Source of the DNA: Candidatus Hecatella orcuttiae
Lineage (GTDB): Archaea > Thermoproteota > Bathyarchaeia > Hecatellales > Hecatellaceae
Direction: 5' to 3'
Assembly: GCA_002011035.2 (NCBI GenBank)
Contig: MTLY02000003.1
Span: 320,001 to 384,000 of the forward strand
DNA: 64,000 nt
Part shown: positions 38,546 through 48,025 of the stretch, in pieces
How positions within the stretch are numbered: position 1 is the stretch's first letter
Layout of the letters: the number at the start of each line of letters is the position of its first letter
Position numbers and translations under genes: made by a program
Notes under the pieces: generated by a model
The model's input: only the letters and a program-made list of their open reading frames with translations
Databases searched by the model: none
What the model was told of the DNA's origin: nothing

Positions 38546-39889
38546 GTGAGAACATCATTGGACCGAAAACTGGTGTGGGTGGTCCCCGTCTTTCTCATGC
38601 TACTCAGTTTGTCAGCTTTTCCCTTTGCTTTGGCTCAACAAGCCTACACGCCTTCCACGCTGGTTTTGAGAGTTTACGGAGATGGTGTTGTTCAAGTCGA
38701 GTACGGCATCGAAACGGATGTAACCTATCCACGGATAAGCGTAAGCCTCTTCGGCAATGTCTTCGAAGAAGTCATAATTGTGAATCAGGACGGAGTTCCC
38801 CTGGACTATGAAGGAATCGATGGGGAAGTGATAATCGATACGCTTGGAGCTGAAGCTGCGGAGATCACCTACTTCACCTCCGACCTGACAAGCAAGTCGG
38901 GGAGAATATGGGTCCTCGAGTTCGAGCCGCCCATTCTCACCAACATAATTCTGCCAAGGGGAGCAACAATCATCAGCCTAAGTCAGACACCTGTGGCCAT
39001 CAGGAGTGTCGACGGACAGACCCTGTTAACCATGCCGGCTGGACGTTTAGAGATAACCTACGTTGTCGGAGTCACCGGAACTAGAGAGCACGCCCTCATC
39101 CTCATCAATGAAGCTGAAAACAAGATTGAAGAAATAAAGGCTCAAAACATCATCGTCGCCGACGCGGAAACCAAACTCCAAGAGGCAAAGGAAGCTTTCA
39201 GCCGTGAGCAATACGTTGAAGCTGAGCAGCTGGCCTCCCAAGCTGAAAACCTAGCTGTCCAAATTGAGGCCGCGGCGAAAAAAGCCAAAGCAGCTATAGT
39301 TGAGGGTGAATCGTCTGTTGAAAATGCACGGCAAGAGGGAAGAACCTCTGGTTTAGCCGAAGCTCAAATCCTCCTGCAGCAAGCAAAAGATGAATACTCT
39401 GCAGGTAACTACGAGAAGGCTGAGCAGTTGGCCTCCAAGGCGGGGATCACAGCTGAAAGCGCCAAGCCTCCACCTCCCTCCACACCCACTCCTACGCCTC
39501 TCCCCACACTAGCAGGGGGAAGGATCCTTTACTGGTGGATCGGGATCTCTGCGCTAGGAGTGGCTCTCGCTATGTTGGCTTTCAGACTTGTGAAGAAACC
39601 TAAGCCGGCAGAAGTCTCGCGGGAAAGGAGAACTATAGATGTTGAGAAGTTGTTCAGGCTTAATCCCCAGCTTAGAGATGAGGACCGTGAGGCTGTTCAA
39701 TTCATAGCCGAATGCGGCGGTGAAGCCTTCGAGGGGGAGATTCGTAAAAGGTTCAAGCTGCCCAAAACCACCGTATGGAGAATGATGCAACGCTTGGAAA
39801 GGGAGGGTGTGGCGGAAATTCTCAAAATCGGCGGCCGAAACCTCATTCGGATTAAATCAAAGTATGAGGTTAAAGGTGAAACGAGGTGA
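38546..39889 (+). CDS. Membrane-spanning transcriptional regulator (COG2512-like): extracellular beta domain, helical stalk, TM, cytoplasmic wHTH
   Basis: Signal peptide; TM YWWIGISALGVALAMLAF; C-terminal LPKTTVWRMMQRLEREG..GGRNLI. Confidence 0.85.
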   Translation: MRTSLDRKLVWVVPVFLMLLSLSAFPFALAQQAYTPSTLVLRVYGDGVVQVEYGIETDVTYPRISVSLFGNVFEEVIIVNQDGVPLDYEGIDGEVIIDTLGAEAAEITYFTSDLTSKSGRIWVLEFEPPILTNIILPRGATIISLSQTPVAIRSVDGQTLLTMPAGRLEITYVVGVTGTREHALILINEAENKIEEIKAQNIIVADAETKLQEAKEAFSREQYVEAEQLASQAENLAVQIEAAAKKAKAAIVEGESSVENARQEGRTSGLAEAQILLQQAKDEYSAGNYEKAEQLASKAGITAESAKPPPPSTPTPTPLPTLAGGRILYWWIGISALGVALAMLAFRLVKKPKPAEVSRERRTIDVEKLFRLNPQLRDEDREAVQFIAECGGEAFEGEIRKRFKLPKTTVWRMMQRLEREGVAEILKIGGRNLIRIKSKYEVKGETR

Positions 39890-39912
39890 AACAGTGTCTT
39901 CACTCCGTTTCA
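39877..39912. promoter_or_regulatory. Inverted repeat TGAAACGAGGTGAA-N8-TTCACTCCGTTTCA, candidate activator site
   Basis: 12/14 arm match; TGAAAC half-sites at 10-bp spacing; just upstream of a TATA-like element for 39958. Confidence 0.55.
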
Positions 39913-39957
39913 GAGCATCCCTATTTAGTGAGTAAGACCTAAACTAATTTAGGTGAT

Positions 39958-41577
39958 TTGAGAATGGTGCTCGCAAAGTATAGGGTAACCTTCCTCATCC
40001 TAGCAGTTTTAATGTCCTCTTCGCTGCCGAGCCTTCTTCCCGTTGGATTGGCGCAGACTGAAGAAGACCAGCGTATCGCTGTTGATGAGCTTTTAGAAAT
40101 CCTCGAAGCGAGCAAGAGTTATGTGGAAGCGGCTTTCAGCAGGCTTGAAGACCTAGGAATACCGATACCGGATGTTGCTAAAGATAAATATGAAGAGGGG
40201 CTTTCGCTGGCTGCTACAGCCGTTCAACTGAGGGATGAAGCCCGCTATGAGGAAGCTAAAGAAGTAGCCCTTCAAGCTATGCAAATATTCAAAGAAGTGT
40301 CGTTGGAAATAGCGCCGGATGTAGAGGAAGCTGAGACCCCAGAGGAAAGAGAAGCCTACGAAGCCATAGGGTTGACGGCGGCCAGAGAGCGGGCTGAAGC
40401 CTTCATCAACAAGCTGGACAGCTTGGCGGACAAGGCTGAAGAACTCGGATACGACGTTTCAGCCATCTGGGAAATCATAGATGAGGCGAGGGACATCTTA
40501 AGCACGGGAGCAAGTCTTGTGGAAGCAGGGGATGTTGACGAGGCAGGGAGGCATATCGGTATGGCCATCAGTACAGCTGCAAAAGCCATGGGAGAGGTTC
40601 GACCTATAATAAAAGCTAACAAGGCAGTTCAAGCTCAGAGGTTTCTTGAAAAAGCCGAAGAACGATTGGCAAGGCTGGAAGAGAGAATAGATGTGCTCAG
40701 CAGGCTGCCGGCTGTCCTTCCACCGCAGGCAGAGCAGGGCATAAGACAGGCTCAAGCGGCTTTAGAGAATGCTAGAAGCCGGGTAGCGGAAGTCAGAGCT
40801 CTTCTGCAGGCGGGGAATATCGAAGATGCTATAGAAGGACTCGAAGATGTGAGGAGGAACGCTGAGAGAAGCCTCGAGGAGTTCGGAGGAGCGAAACCGG
40901 AAGTTGCAGAGAACCTAGTCGCCATCGAAAGAATCAACGCGACGCTCGATTTCTTAAAGGAAAGGCTGGAAGACGCCAGAGCCAAAGACATAAACGTCGA
41001 CCAAATTGAAGAGACTTTAAGGAGGGCTGAGGATCTCCTATCCCAAGCCGTGGAGCACCTGCAAGAAGAAGAAATTGAGGATGCGTCCCAAGCTATAGAT
41101 CAAGCTGAGGACCTTGCAGATGATGCAGAAGACCTGTTGGAGCAAGTCGTAGAGCTGGTGGAGAGGGAAGAAGGAGAGGAGGCGAGAGAAGAAGCCCGAG
41201 AACTGGTTGAGGAGATTATGAGAAACAGGGCTGCCCTTAAGCAGCTTAATGCAACCATCTCCCTTCTCTGGGAGAAGTTAACGGATTTGGAAGGCAGAGG
41301 CGTGGATGTTGCAGGAATCGAAAACACCCTCAGAACAGCTTATGACTTTCTCCAAGAAGCTTTGAAGCATATAGATGAAGGGGACGTCGATGCGGCCTCG
41401 GACCTCATGGCGCAGGCTGAGGTGATAATGGAGGAGGCGGAAGAACTTATAGAGCAAGCTAGAAAACAGGCAGAAGAAAGGCAGCCGGAGGGCGCTGGAG
41501 AGCAGTCTCAAGGCAGAGGTCCGCCTAGCGAAGCAGGCAAGCCCCAAGTCCCTTTTTTTAATCAAATAGAAAAATAA
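39958..41577 (+). CDS. Secreted acidic alpha-helical repeat protein
   Basis: Signal peptide; recurring (G/D)xDV....L..A...L..A helical-bundle units; very E/A-rich. Confidence 0.8.
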   Translation: MRMVLAKYRVTFLILAVLMSSSLPSLLPVGLAQTEEDQRIAVDELLEILEASKSYVEAAFSRLEDLGIPIPDVAKDKYEEGLSLAATAVQLRDEARYEEAKEVALQAMQIFKEVSLEIAPDVEEAETPEEREAYEAIGLTAARERAEAFINKLDSLADKAEELGYDVSAIWEIIDEARDILSTGASLVEAGDVDEAGRHIGMAISTAAKAMGEVRPIIKANKAVQAQRFLEKAEERLARLEERIDVLSRLPAVLPPQAEQGIRQAQAALENARSRVAEVRALLQAGNIEDAIEGLEDVRRNAERSLEEFGGAKPEVAENLVAIERINATLDFLKERLEDARAKDINVDQIEETLRRAEDLLSQAVEHLQEEEIEDASQAIDQAEDLADDAEDLLEQVVELVEREEGEEAREEARELVEEIMRNRAALKQLNATISLLWEKLTDLEGRGVDVAGIENTLRTAYDFLQEALKHIDEGDVDAASDLMAQAEVIMEEAEELIEQARKQAEERQPEGAGEQSQGRGPPSEAGKPQVPFFNQIEK

Positions 41578-41609
41578 TAATAAATGAAAATCAGGAATAA
41601 TTAGCGAAG

Positions 41610-43298
41610 GTGACGTGTTTGCCTAGCTTGATGAGGAAAAGTGTTTCCTTAACTATCCTCCTGATCTTGGTGTTATCCGTCCAGACTCTTCCGTCCGCTC
41701 AGGCTCAAGAGCCTTACAGTCCCGTCGACCTAACGTTGACGGTGTACAGCGATGGATTCGTCCATGTGGAATACCTTCTCGAGGTAGACGTGGCTTATCC
41801 GAGGATCACCGTTACGCTATTCGGGCGCACTTTTGAAAACCTACTCATTACCGACGAAGATGGGCTGCCGTTAGATTACTTCCTCTCTGAAGGCGAGGTC
41901 ACAGTCGACACGTTGGGAGCGAGGAGGGTGAAGATCACCTATGACACATTGGATTTAACAAGCCGCGTAGGTAGAACATGGACTCTGACCGTAAACACCC
42001 CTGTAGAGGCCGTCATAACATTCCCAAGGGACTTCACCTTGATCAGCCTAAACCAAGTGCCCGTGGCCTTGGAAAAGACTGAGGGGCAACTTCAGCTTAC
42101 CATGCCTTCGGGGCTGCAGGAGATAGTCTACGCCCTCACCATATCTGCACCGGCGCCACCGAAAGAGTTTCAGGTTGGTAACCTCAAAATCAGCCCAGTC
42201 GACGTAGTGGTAGGCGAGGAAATAACCGTCACGGTGGATGTGGTGAATATAGGAGAAGAAACAGGCACGGCTACTGTGACACTTAAGGTCAACGGAGTGG
42301 TTGAAGCTGAAAAAGAAGTTACGCTGGCTGGGGGTGCATCGCAGACTGTATCCTTCACTCTAACTTGGGACACAGCAGGAGTATACGAAGTTCAGGTTGA
42401 CAGCCTCGTTGAGACGATCACTGTCACCAAGGCTGCAAGTGTAATCACCGTTTCAGTTTCCCCGACGCAGATCGATAAAGGCGAATCGGTTACCGTGTCA
42501 GGGTTGATTTCGCCCCCAGTCCCGGGTGTGGAGGTTTACTTGGCTTATATGAAAGCTGGAGACGTGGTCGTGGAGAGAACAGTGACCACGGCTTCCGACG
42601 GGTCTTTCACCGATGTCTATGTCCCGGATGCCGGCGGCTCTTGGAGCATCACAGCTCGGTGGGAAGGCAACGAGCAGTATCAGGGAGCGATGAGTTCCCC
42701 GGCTGGTTTTGAAGTAGTGGATAAAGGCTGCGTCATCGCCACCGCCACCTACGGGTCGGAGTTGGCAGCTGAGGTTCAGTTTCTCCGCGGCTTCAGGGAG
42801 AACACGGTCTATTCAACGTTCGCCGGAAGCCGTTTCATGGAGGTCTTCAACGCTTTCTATTATAGCTGGAGTCCTACGGTGGCCGGCGTGATCTGGAGCC
42901 ACAGCGCCCTGCAAACGGTGGGAAGGATGCTGATCACACCGCTTCTAGGGATTCTCCACGTTTCAACAGCGGTCAATTCGGTTTTCAGCTTCAACCCTGA
43001 ACTGGGAATAGTGGCAACTGGACTGGTTGCAAGCTCCCTAATAGGCCTCGTATACTTCTTCCCGGTAGGTTGGGTGCTGGTGAAGGCTGTGAGGAGGCGT
43101 TGGGGTGCCGTTCCGAAAACCGGATGCCTTAAATCTTTACTGATCCCTTGGGCTGCCAGTCTGGGTTTGATCGGCCTCGCGGAGGCTCTGGCCTCCTCGG
43201 TTTTAATGATGGTAGGCGCAGGGATGCTGGTGGTCTTCACCGTAGGACTAACAGCGGGAACCCTCGCTCTAGGAACAGTGAACCTTCTCAAAAAATAG
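41610..43298 (+). CDS. Surface protein with CARDB/Ig-like domains and CFI-box-CTERM
   Basis: Signal peptide; N-domain paralogous to that of 38546; VDVVNIGEETG CARDB pattern; [24 protein letters not shown]. Confidence 0.87.
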   Translation: MTCLPSLMRKSVSLTILLILVLSVQTLPSAQAQEPYSPVDLTLTVYSDGFVHVEYLLEVDVAYPRITVTLFGRTFENLLITDEDGLPLDYFLSEGEVTVDTLGARRVKITYDTLDLTSRVGRTWTLTVNTPVEAVITFPRDFTLISLNQVPVALEKTEGQLQLTMPSGLQEIVYALTISAPAPPKEFQVGNLKISPVDVVVGEEITVTVDVVNIGEETGTATVTLKVNGVVEAEKEVTLAGGASQTVSFTLTWDTAGVYEVQVDSLVETITVTKAASVITVSVSPTQIDKGESVTVSGLISPPVPGVEVYLAYMKAGDVVVERTVTTASDGSFTDVYVPDAGGSWSITARWEGNEQYQGAMSSPAGFEVVDKGCVIATATYGSELAAEVQFLRGFRENTVYSTFAGSRFMEVFNAFYYSWSPTVAGVIWSHSALQTVGRMLITPLLGILHVSTAVNSVFSFNPELGIVATGLVASSLIGLVYFFPVGWVLVKAVRRRWGAVPKTGCLKSLLIPWAASLGLIGLAEALASSVLMMVGAGMLVVFTVGLTAGTLALGTVNLLKK

Positions 43299-43406
43299 GC
43301 TGATCCAAGGCGTCGTAGGCTTCCTCAACCTTTCTTTTCCTTGAATTTATTCGACTTCTGAATGGAGACATATTTTTATGTTTATTTTTTCTTTCTTTTA
43401 TGAGGC

Positions 43407-43670
43407 ATGTTGAGTACTTATGAAAAAGGAGCCGAACTCGAGAAGTCGGTAGCTCGTTTATTTGCTCATAAAGGTTATGAGGTTAAGCATGATGTGAAAT
43501 TTCAAGGTAGATCAGGAGTTGAACATCAGATAGATGTTTATGCTGAATACAAAGCTCCTTTACACATTTCGAAGATAATTGTTGAATGTAAGGCTCATGA
43601 TAGGCCGATAGATAAAAGACAGAGTTATTAAACTCCTTCAGGAGGTACAGGACATAGGAGTTGACAATGG
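43407..43670 (+). pseudogene. Mrr-like (PD-(D/E)xK) restriction endonuclease fragment
   Basis: KGAELE, GRSGVEHQIDV, IVECK; frameshift near 43615 continues DRVIKLLQEVQDIGVD, then homology ends. Confidence 0.8.
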
Positions 43671-44116
43671 CTGTCGACGACCTCCCAGTCGATGACGACG
43701 GTCTTATTCACGTCAGGAAAACTCTTTCTAGGGGCAGCTTATTTACCTTTCCGCTGGAGGGATGAGGCTAGCACCTATACTGGTGTGGCGCAAGTCCCTA
43801 ACAAGTCATACAATTAGCTTTCCCGTCTATGGATCTGCAAAAATGGTTCTTGAAAAACAGCAACAAGAAGCTTCCAGTCGCAACAGGTTCTCAAGCTCAG
43901 CATAATAATTTTCGATTTTTGTAAAGTTTTTAAACACAAAAGGGAAAAGATAAATTTCACATCTAAACTGAAGGTTGCCTGAATTGATTTAACGTTAAAA
44001 ATACTCCGTGAAAGAAAACTTTTTTCACGGTAGATATCTGCCCCAAAAGGTTGATTATCGACGTTTAAAGCCAAAAACATAGTTTTCTTGGTGAGGATGG
44101 ACTGTTGAGACGGCCA

Positions 44117-44245
44117 ATGATGGATGTTTTAGTTTCAGGTTTCTTCGGAATGTTTGGACGCATTACATTTTTTGTCTTAGTCTTGTTAACTGCAAGGCTT
44201 CTCGGTCCCGAAGATTACATGCCTAGGTACGCAGAAGATGCATGA
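44117..44245 (+). pseudogene. Wzx flippase N-terminal fragment
   Basis: ...FVLVLLTARLLGPEDY, the typical Wzx TM1-loop motif, ending abruptly at about 44218. Confidence 0.65.
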
Positions 44246-44931
44246 GAAAAGGGCAGCCTCATGAAGTCCACATTTGTGGGCAGGAAGAGCCGACGACTTC
44301 AAAATCATGATACTTATCGACGGGAAAATCATCTCTGTCTGGAAAAGGTAAATAGTCAAGATTTTCCAGAAGTTTTCTTCTGTTTACTGTAACGGTATCG
44401 TTAGCCCTGAACGCTAGGCCGTCTATCTCCTTAAGCCGATTTACACCGTCCTTGCTTAAGGTCTCTACGAGTTCTTTTAAGGTAACTTCATATTCTCCTA
44501 TCAAGCAAAAATCTATGTGGTTATATCTTTCTAGGATTTCACGTGGGAAGACCGAGGAGTGTGTGCCCGTAAGTACGATATAGCATCCTACCTATTCCTT
44601 AATTTCTCGAGCAAGTTCAACATCATAGGGAAAACTTATCGTCGGTGTTTCGATTAAAACTCGGTCAGGGTTATGTTTTTTTACAACGTTAACAAGTTCT
44701 TTACGTGTTAAATCCATTGCTACACCATCGATACCCTTGACATCGGCGTCCGTATCACGTTTAAGCAAAGCTGTTGCATAACCAAGATAGAAAGAATATG
44801 GACAGTAATGGCCCGTTTCACATTTTTCATCCGAGAAGATACTGAAGCTCCAACGGCTACCGACTTTAATAAAGTGTCTAGAGGAATTCTCCTCGTCGAA
44901 AGCGGCGGGGATTTAAAAGCAGAACCTTCAA
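44219..44931 (-). pseudogene. B12-binding radical SAM protein pseudogene
   Basis: MKVLLLNP start, frameshift near 44908, TAG at 44592-94, IGEYE and LPFPDR, TGA replacing R in TSRGCPF, frameshift before CIFC; truncated. Confidence 0.82.
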
Positions 44932-45062
44932 ATTTATCACGAACCTAACAGAACTTAAAAGTAGAGAGATAATTTAAGCCTTACTTATTTCTAAGCATTG
45001 ATAGTCGTGGTGGTTACTGGTTAAAAAGCTTAAATTTTTAATTAAATAGAGGTAAAGGGAGC

Positions 45063-45605
45063 ATGGGTAAGAATTTAGTCCTTGACGTGGGTTGTGGTAG
45101 AAGTAAGCAGGGGGACGTTAACGTTGACATAGACCCAACGGTTAAACCTGACGTCGTTGCCGACATGCACCACTTGCCGTTTCAAGATAAAAGTTTTAAC
45201 AAGGTTTTTATTACTCATGCTTTTGAGCATAGCGGTAATCCTGAACTGTTACTGAGAGAACTCACGAGGGTTTCTAAAACGCAAGTGACGATAATCGTGC
45301 CAAACGCTTTAGCGCTTTTCTATTTTGCCATCTATTTAATAACTGCTCATAGATGGAATGCTGTGAGAAGTTGGCTTTATGGTGTTGGGCAATCTCCTTC
45401 AGCACGACATAGAAGGATTTACACTCCGTTTTCACTTTACAGGTTTATACAGAGGGAAGGGTTTAGATTAAGCGTAAAGACGAAGTCACGTTGGTATTAC
45501 AGAAGGTGCATGAGGATGTTGATGGGAATTTTAAGTAAAATTTCAGTGGTTTTTGGCGACGAAGTCGAAGCGACGATATACTTAGAAGAAGCGGGAACTA
45601 ACTGA
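45063..45605 (+). CDS. Class I SAM-dependent methyltransferase (type 11)
   Basis: VLDVGCG, DVVADMHHLPFQDKSF, FEH. Confidence 0.88.
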   Translation: MGKNLVLDVGCGRSKQGDVNVDIDPTVKPDVVADMHHLPFQDKSFNKVFITHAFEHSGNPELLLRELTRVSKTQVTIIVPNALALFYFAIYLITAHRWNAVRSWLYGVGQSPSARHRRIYTPFSLYRFIQREGFRLSVKTKSRWYYRRCMRMLMGILSKISVVFGDEVEATIYLEEAGTN

Positions 45606-45663
45606 TCGTGAAGCATTCATAACTTAGTCTAATGTCTTCCCGGAGAAGTGATGGCGGGGAACC

Positions 45664-46599
45664 ATGAACCTCTTCTGGTTAACACTGCACTATACACCTA
45701 AGAAGCCGCTGGGAGGCGTTAACAGATATAGCGTGGAAGTGGTGGAAAGGCTTAAACGATTTATCGACGTTAAAGTTATTCACGACGGAAAACCTTGGAT
45801 TGGGACCTCCATCTGGGTTTTAAAAACAGCCCTAAAACTAAGAAAGTTAAAGAAGGATGAGCCTTCGATAATACATGCAGCAAATTTTAGAGCAGCGTTG
45901 CCACCGGCTTTGGCGGAGAAAAAATTTGTTTTAACCTTCCATGATGTAGCGCCCATGAGAATGTATAAGTTTAGAGGTTATCTCCAAAGGTTGGCGGCTA
46001 GAAAGGCTGCGGCCATAATAACCCCAACGAACGCCGTTAGAGAAGCCTTACTCAGGGAAGCACCCAACGTCGCCGATAAGGTTAGGGTGATTCCTAATGG
46101 CGTTGATTGTAGAAAATTTAAACCCATCCTAAAGGAAAAATCTGAAAAACCAACCATAGGTTATGTGGGTAGGAGGGCAGCTTATAAGGTTAGTCTTATT
46201 CCAAGGATAGTCAGATTACTTCCATCCTATTACAGGTTTAAATTTGCTGAAGGAGATCTTGACGACACTCAGCTTTGCATTTTTTATAACTCATGTCATT
46301 TAATTCTTGTTTCAAGCCCGCCATATGCTGAAGGTTTTTCGCTCGTAACGGTTGAAGCCTTAGCGTGCGGGACACCGGTTGTAGCGACCGATAATCCGGC
46401 CATCAGAGAAATCGTGAACGGTTATGCATTTTATAGCAGATATGAAGTCGAAGAGTTTGTTAAAAAAATTAGGTGGGTAATCGAAAACTATGATGATGCA
46501 AGGAAAAAGGCGTTAGAAGGAAGGAAGTATGTGGATGAAAACCTAGACTGGGATAAAACGGCGGCCATGAACCTCAAATTATATAAAGAACTACTCTAG
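45664..46599 (+). CDS. GT4 glycosyltransferase
   Basis: TFHD, IPNGVD, EGFSLVTVEALACGTPVV. Confidence 0.92.
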   Translation: MNLFWLTLHYTPKKPLGGVNRYSVEVVERLKRFIDVKVIHDGKPWIGTSIWVLKTALKLRKLKKDEPSIIHAANFRAALPPALAEKKFVLTFHDVAPMRMYKFRGYLQRLAARKAAAIITPTNAVREALLREAPNVADKVRVIPNGVDCRKFKPILKEKSEKPTIGYVGRRAAYKVSLIPRIVRLLPSYYRFKFAEGDLDDTQLCIFYNSCHLILVSSPPYAEGFSLVTVEALACGTPVVATDNPAIREIVNGYAFYSRYEVEEFVKKIRWVIENYDDARKKALEGRKYVDENLDWDKTAAMNLKLYKELL

Positions 46600-47060
46600 A
46601 CGGTAAAACCCTCTCTACCTGAAGAAGACTACGAACTGGTAACTAGTTAAAAATAAAAGATTAGATCCGAATATTTTTTTAGTACGGCTAACAATATCCT
46701 TTAGATGTAGCGTTAAATAGCTTATAAAGCAACCTCGGTGGTAACAGGGCTACCCTTAGCCATGTTCGCCAACCAACGCTTAACCGAGTATCCTGAAAAT
46801 AGGAATAATTTTTGGAAGTTTTTCCAGCTTCGAATGTTCCTAGAAGGGGCTGCCTTATACCAGAAATTCGCTTAGGGGTATAGATACGGCAGGTTTCTTT
46901 GAGGATGGACGGATTCTGCCAGATACTAGAAAAAGTAGCTTTCATCATAAAATTAATTCTTGTCGCTTGATTTTGAGTTGCGAATCTGCCTTTTTGGAAT
47001 CCCTTGTGAAGTGAGATAATGTATTAAAGCGAGGTCTTAACCCTTAGGTGCTGGTGGGAA

Positions 47061-47918
47061 TTGAAGCCAGGTCTGCCGTTGCTTTTGCTGCTGGGGACGA
47101 TGAGGGTTCAGCGGACGCTGCCCAGCGCGGCCTCTTCAGCTGCCTCTCTTGTCTTGGTAGGGTTGACCTCGGAGCTGTGGAGGTTTCTCCTCTTCCCCCT
47201 GAGCATGGCCTTGTTCCACATGGCTTCCAGCGTGGTCAACGACCTCTCCGATTGCTCCGTGGACAGGGTGAACGTCCCTGGGAGGGCGCTGCCTTCCGGA
47301 AGGGTGTCGCGGGGATTCCTTCAGGCGCTGTTCGTTCTCCTCTTCGGAGGCGGGCTTCTTGCAGCTTTTGCGCTGGATTTCCTCTACTTCCTCGCCGCGG
47401 GGACTTTCGGCTTTATTTACGTTTTAGCCTACAGCTACGGTCCCTCTTTCAAAAATCGCCCCTTAGGCTCGTTTGCATACTATACTCTTTCAGGCTCTGC
47501 GGCTCCCTATGTCATGGCGTCGCTGATGGCGCGGAGCCTCGGCTTCGACAGCCTAGTCTTCGCTTCCCTCTTAGCCTTGCTGGCTACCTGCGCAGTGATG
47601 GGGTCGATGGGTGATTATGAGGGGGATCTCCGAGGGGGGAAGAAAACTCTCCCAGTGGCTTTGGGATTCGACAGAGCCAGACGGGTGCTCGCGGCCATGG
47701 TCTTGGGCGCTGCGGCAGCATATCCGGCTCTCTACCATGTCTTCAGTTTTTCACCCGCTTTTCCCATCTTCGCCGTGCTGCCCCTAAGCCTCAGAGCGGC
47801 TCTGTTCTATCTGGTTTTACGCTGCAATAATCCTCAAGCCTTCCGAAGGCTCAGCCCCTTGTACAGGGTTCTCATAGCCGCGGACATGACTGTCTTGGCT
47901 TTGACTTGGGAAGGTTGA
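47061..47918 (+). CDS. UbiA-family prenyltransferase
   Basis: NDLSDCSVD...RALPSG; DYEGDLRGGKKTLPV; multiple TMs. Confidence 0.88.
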   Translation: MKPGLPLLLLLGTMRVQRTLPSAASSAASLVLVGLTSELWRFLLFPLSMALFHMASSVVNDLSDCSVDRVNVPGRALPSGRVSRGFLQALFVLLFGGGLLAAFALDFLYFLAAGTFGFIYVLAYSYGPSFKNRPLGSFAYYTLSGSAAPYVMASLMARSLGFDSLVFASLLALLATCAVMGSMGDYEGDLRGGKKTLPVALGFDRARRVLAAMVLGAAAAYPALYHVFSFSPAFPIFAVLPLSLRAALFYLVLRCNNPQAFRRLSPLYRVLIAADMTVLALTWEG

Positions 47919-48025
47919 AGGGTTGCCTTTTTCTCAAGGGAGGGGAAACACTAAAAGTAGGTTTCCTTCTATCTTAGGTGGAGGCTTCTCCGACCGTTGA
48001 GGGGGAATGAAACCTGGCCCGGTGG

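Noticed and set aside
46688-46948. 86-aa minus-strand ORF (and 43814-44080)
   Set aside because: No recognisable motif; probably remnants within the decayed AT-rich patch
36125-47040. Integrated element at tRNA-Pro
   Set aside because: No integrase and no convincing repeat of the tRNA 3' end; GAGTTGCGAATCTGCC near 46975 is too weak for an att site
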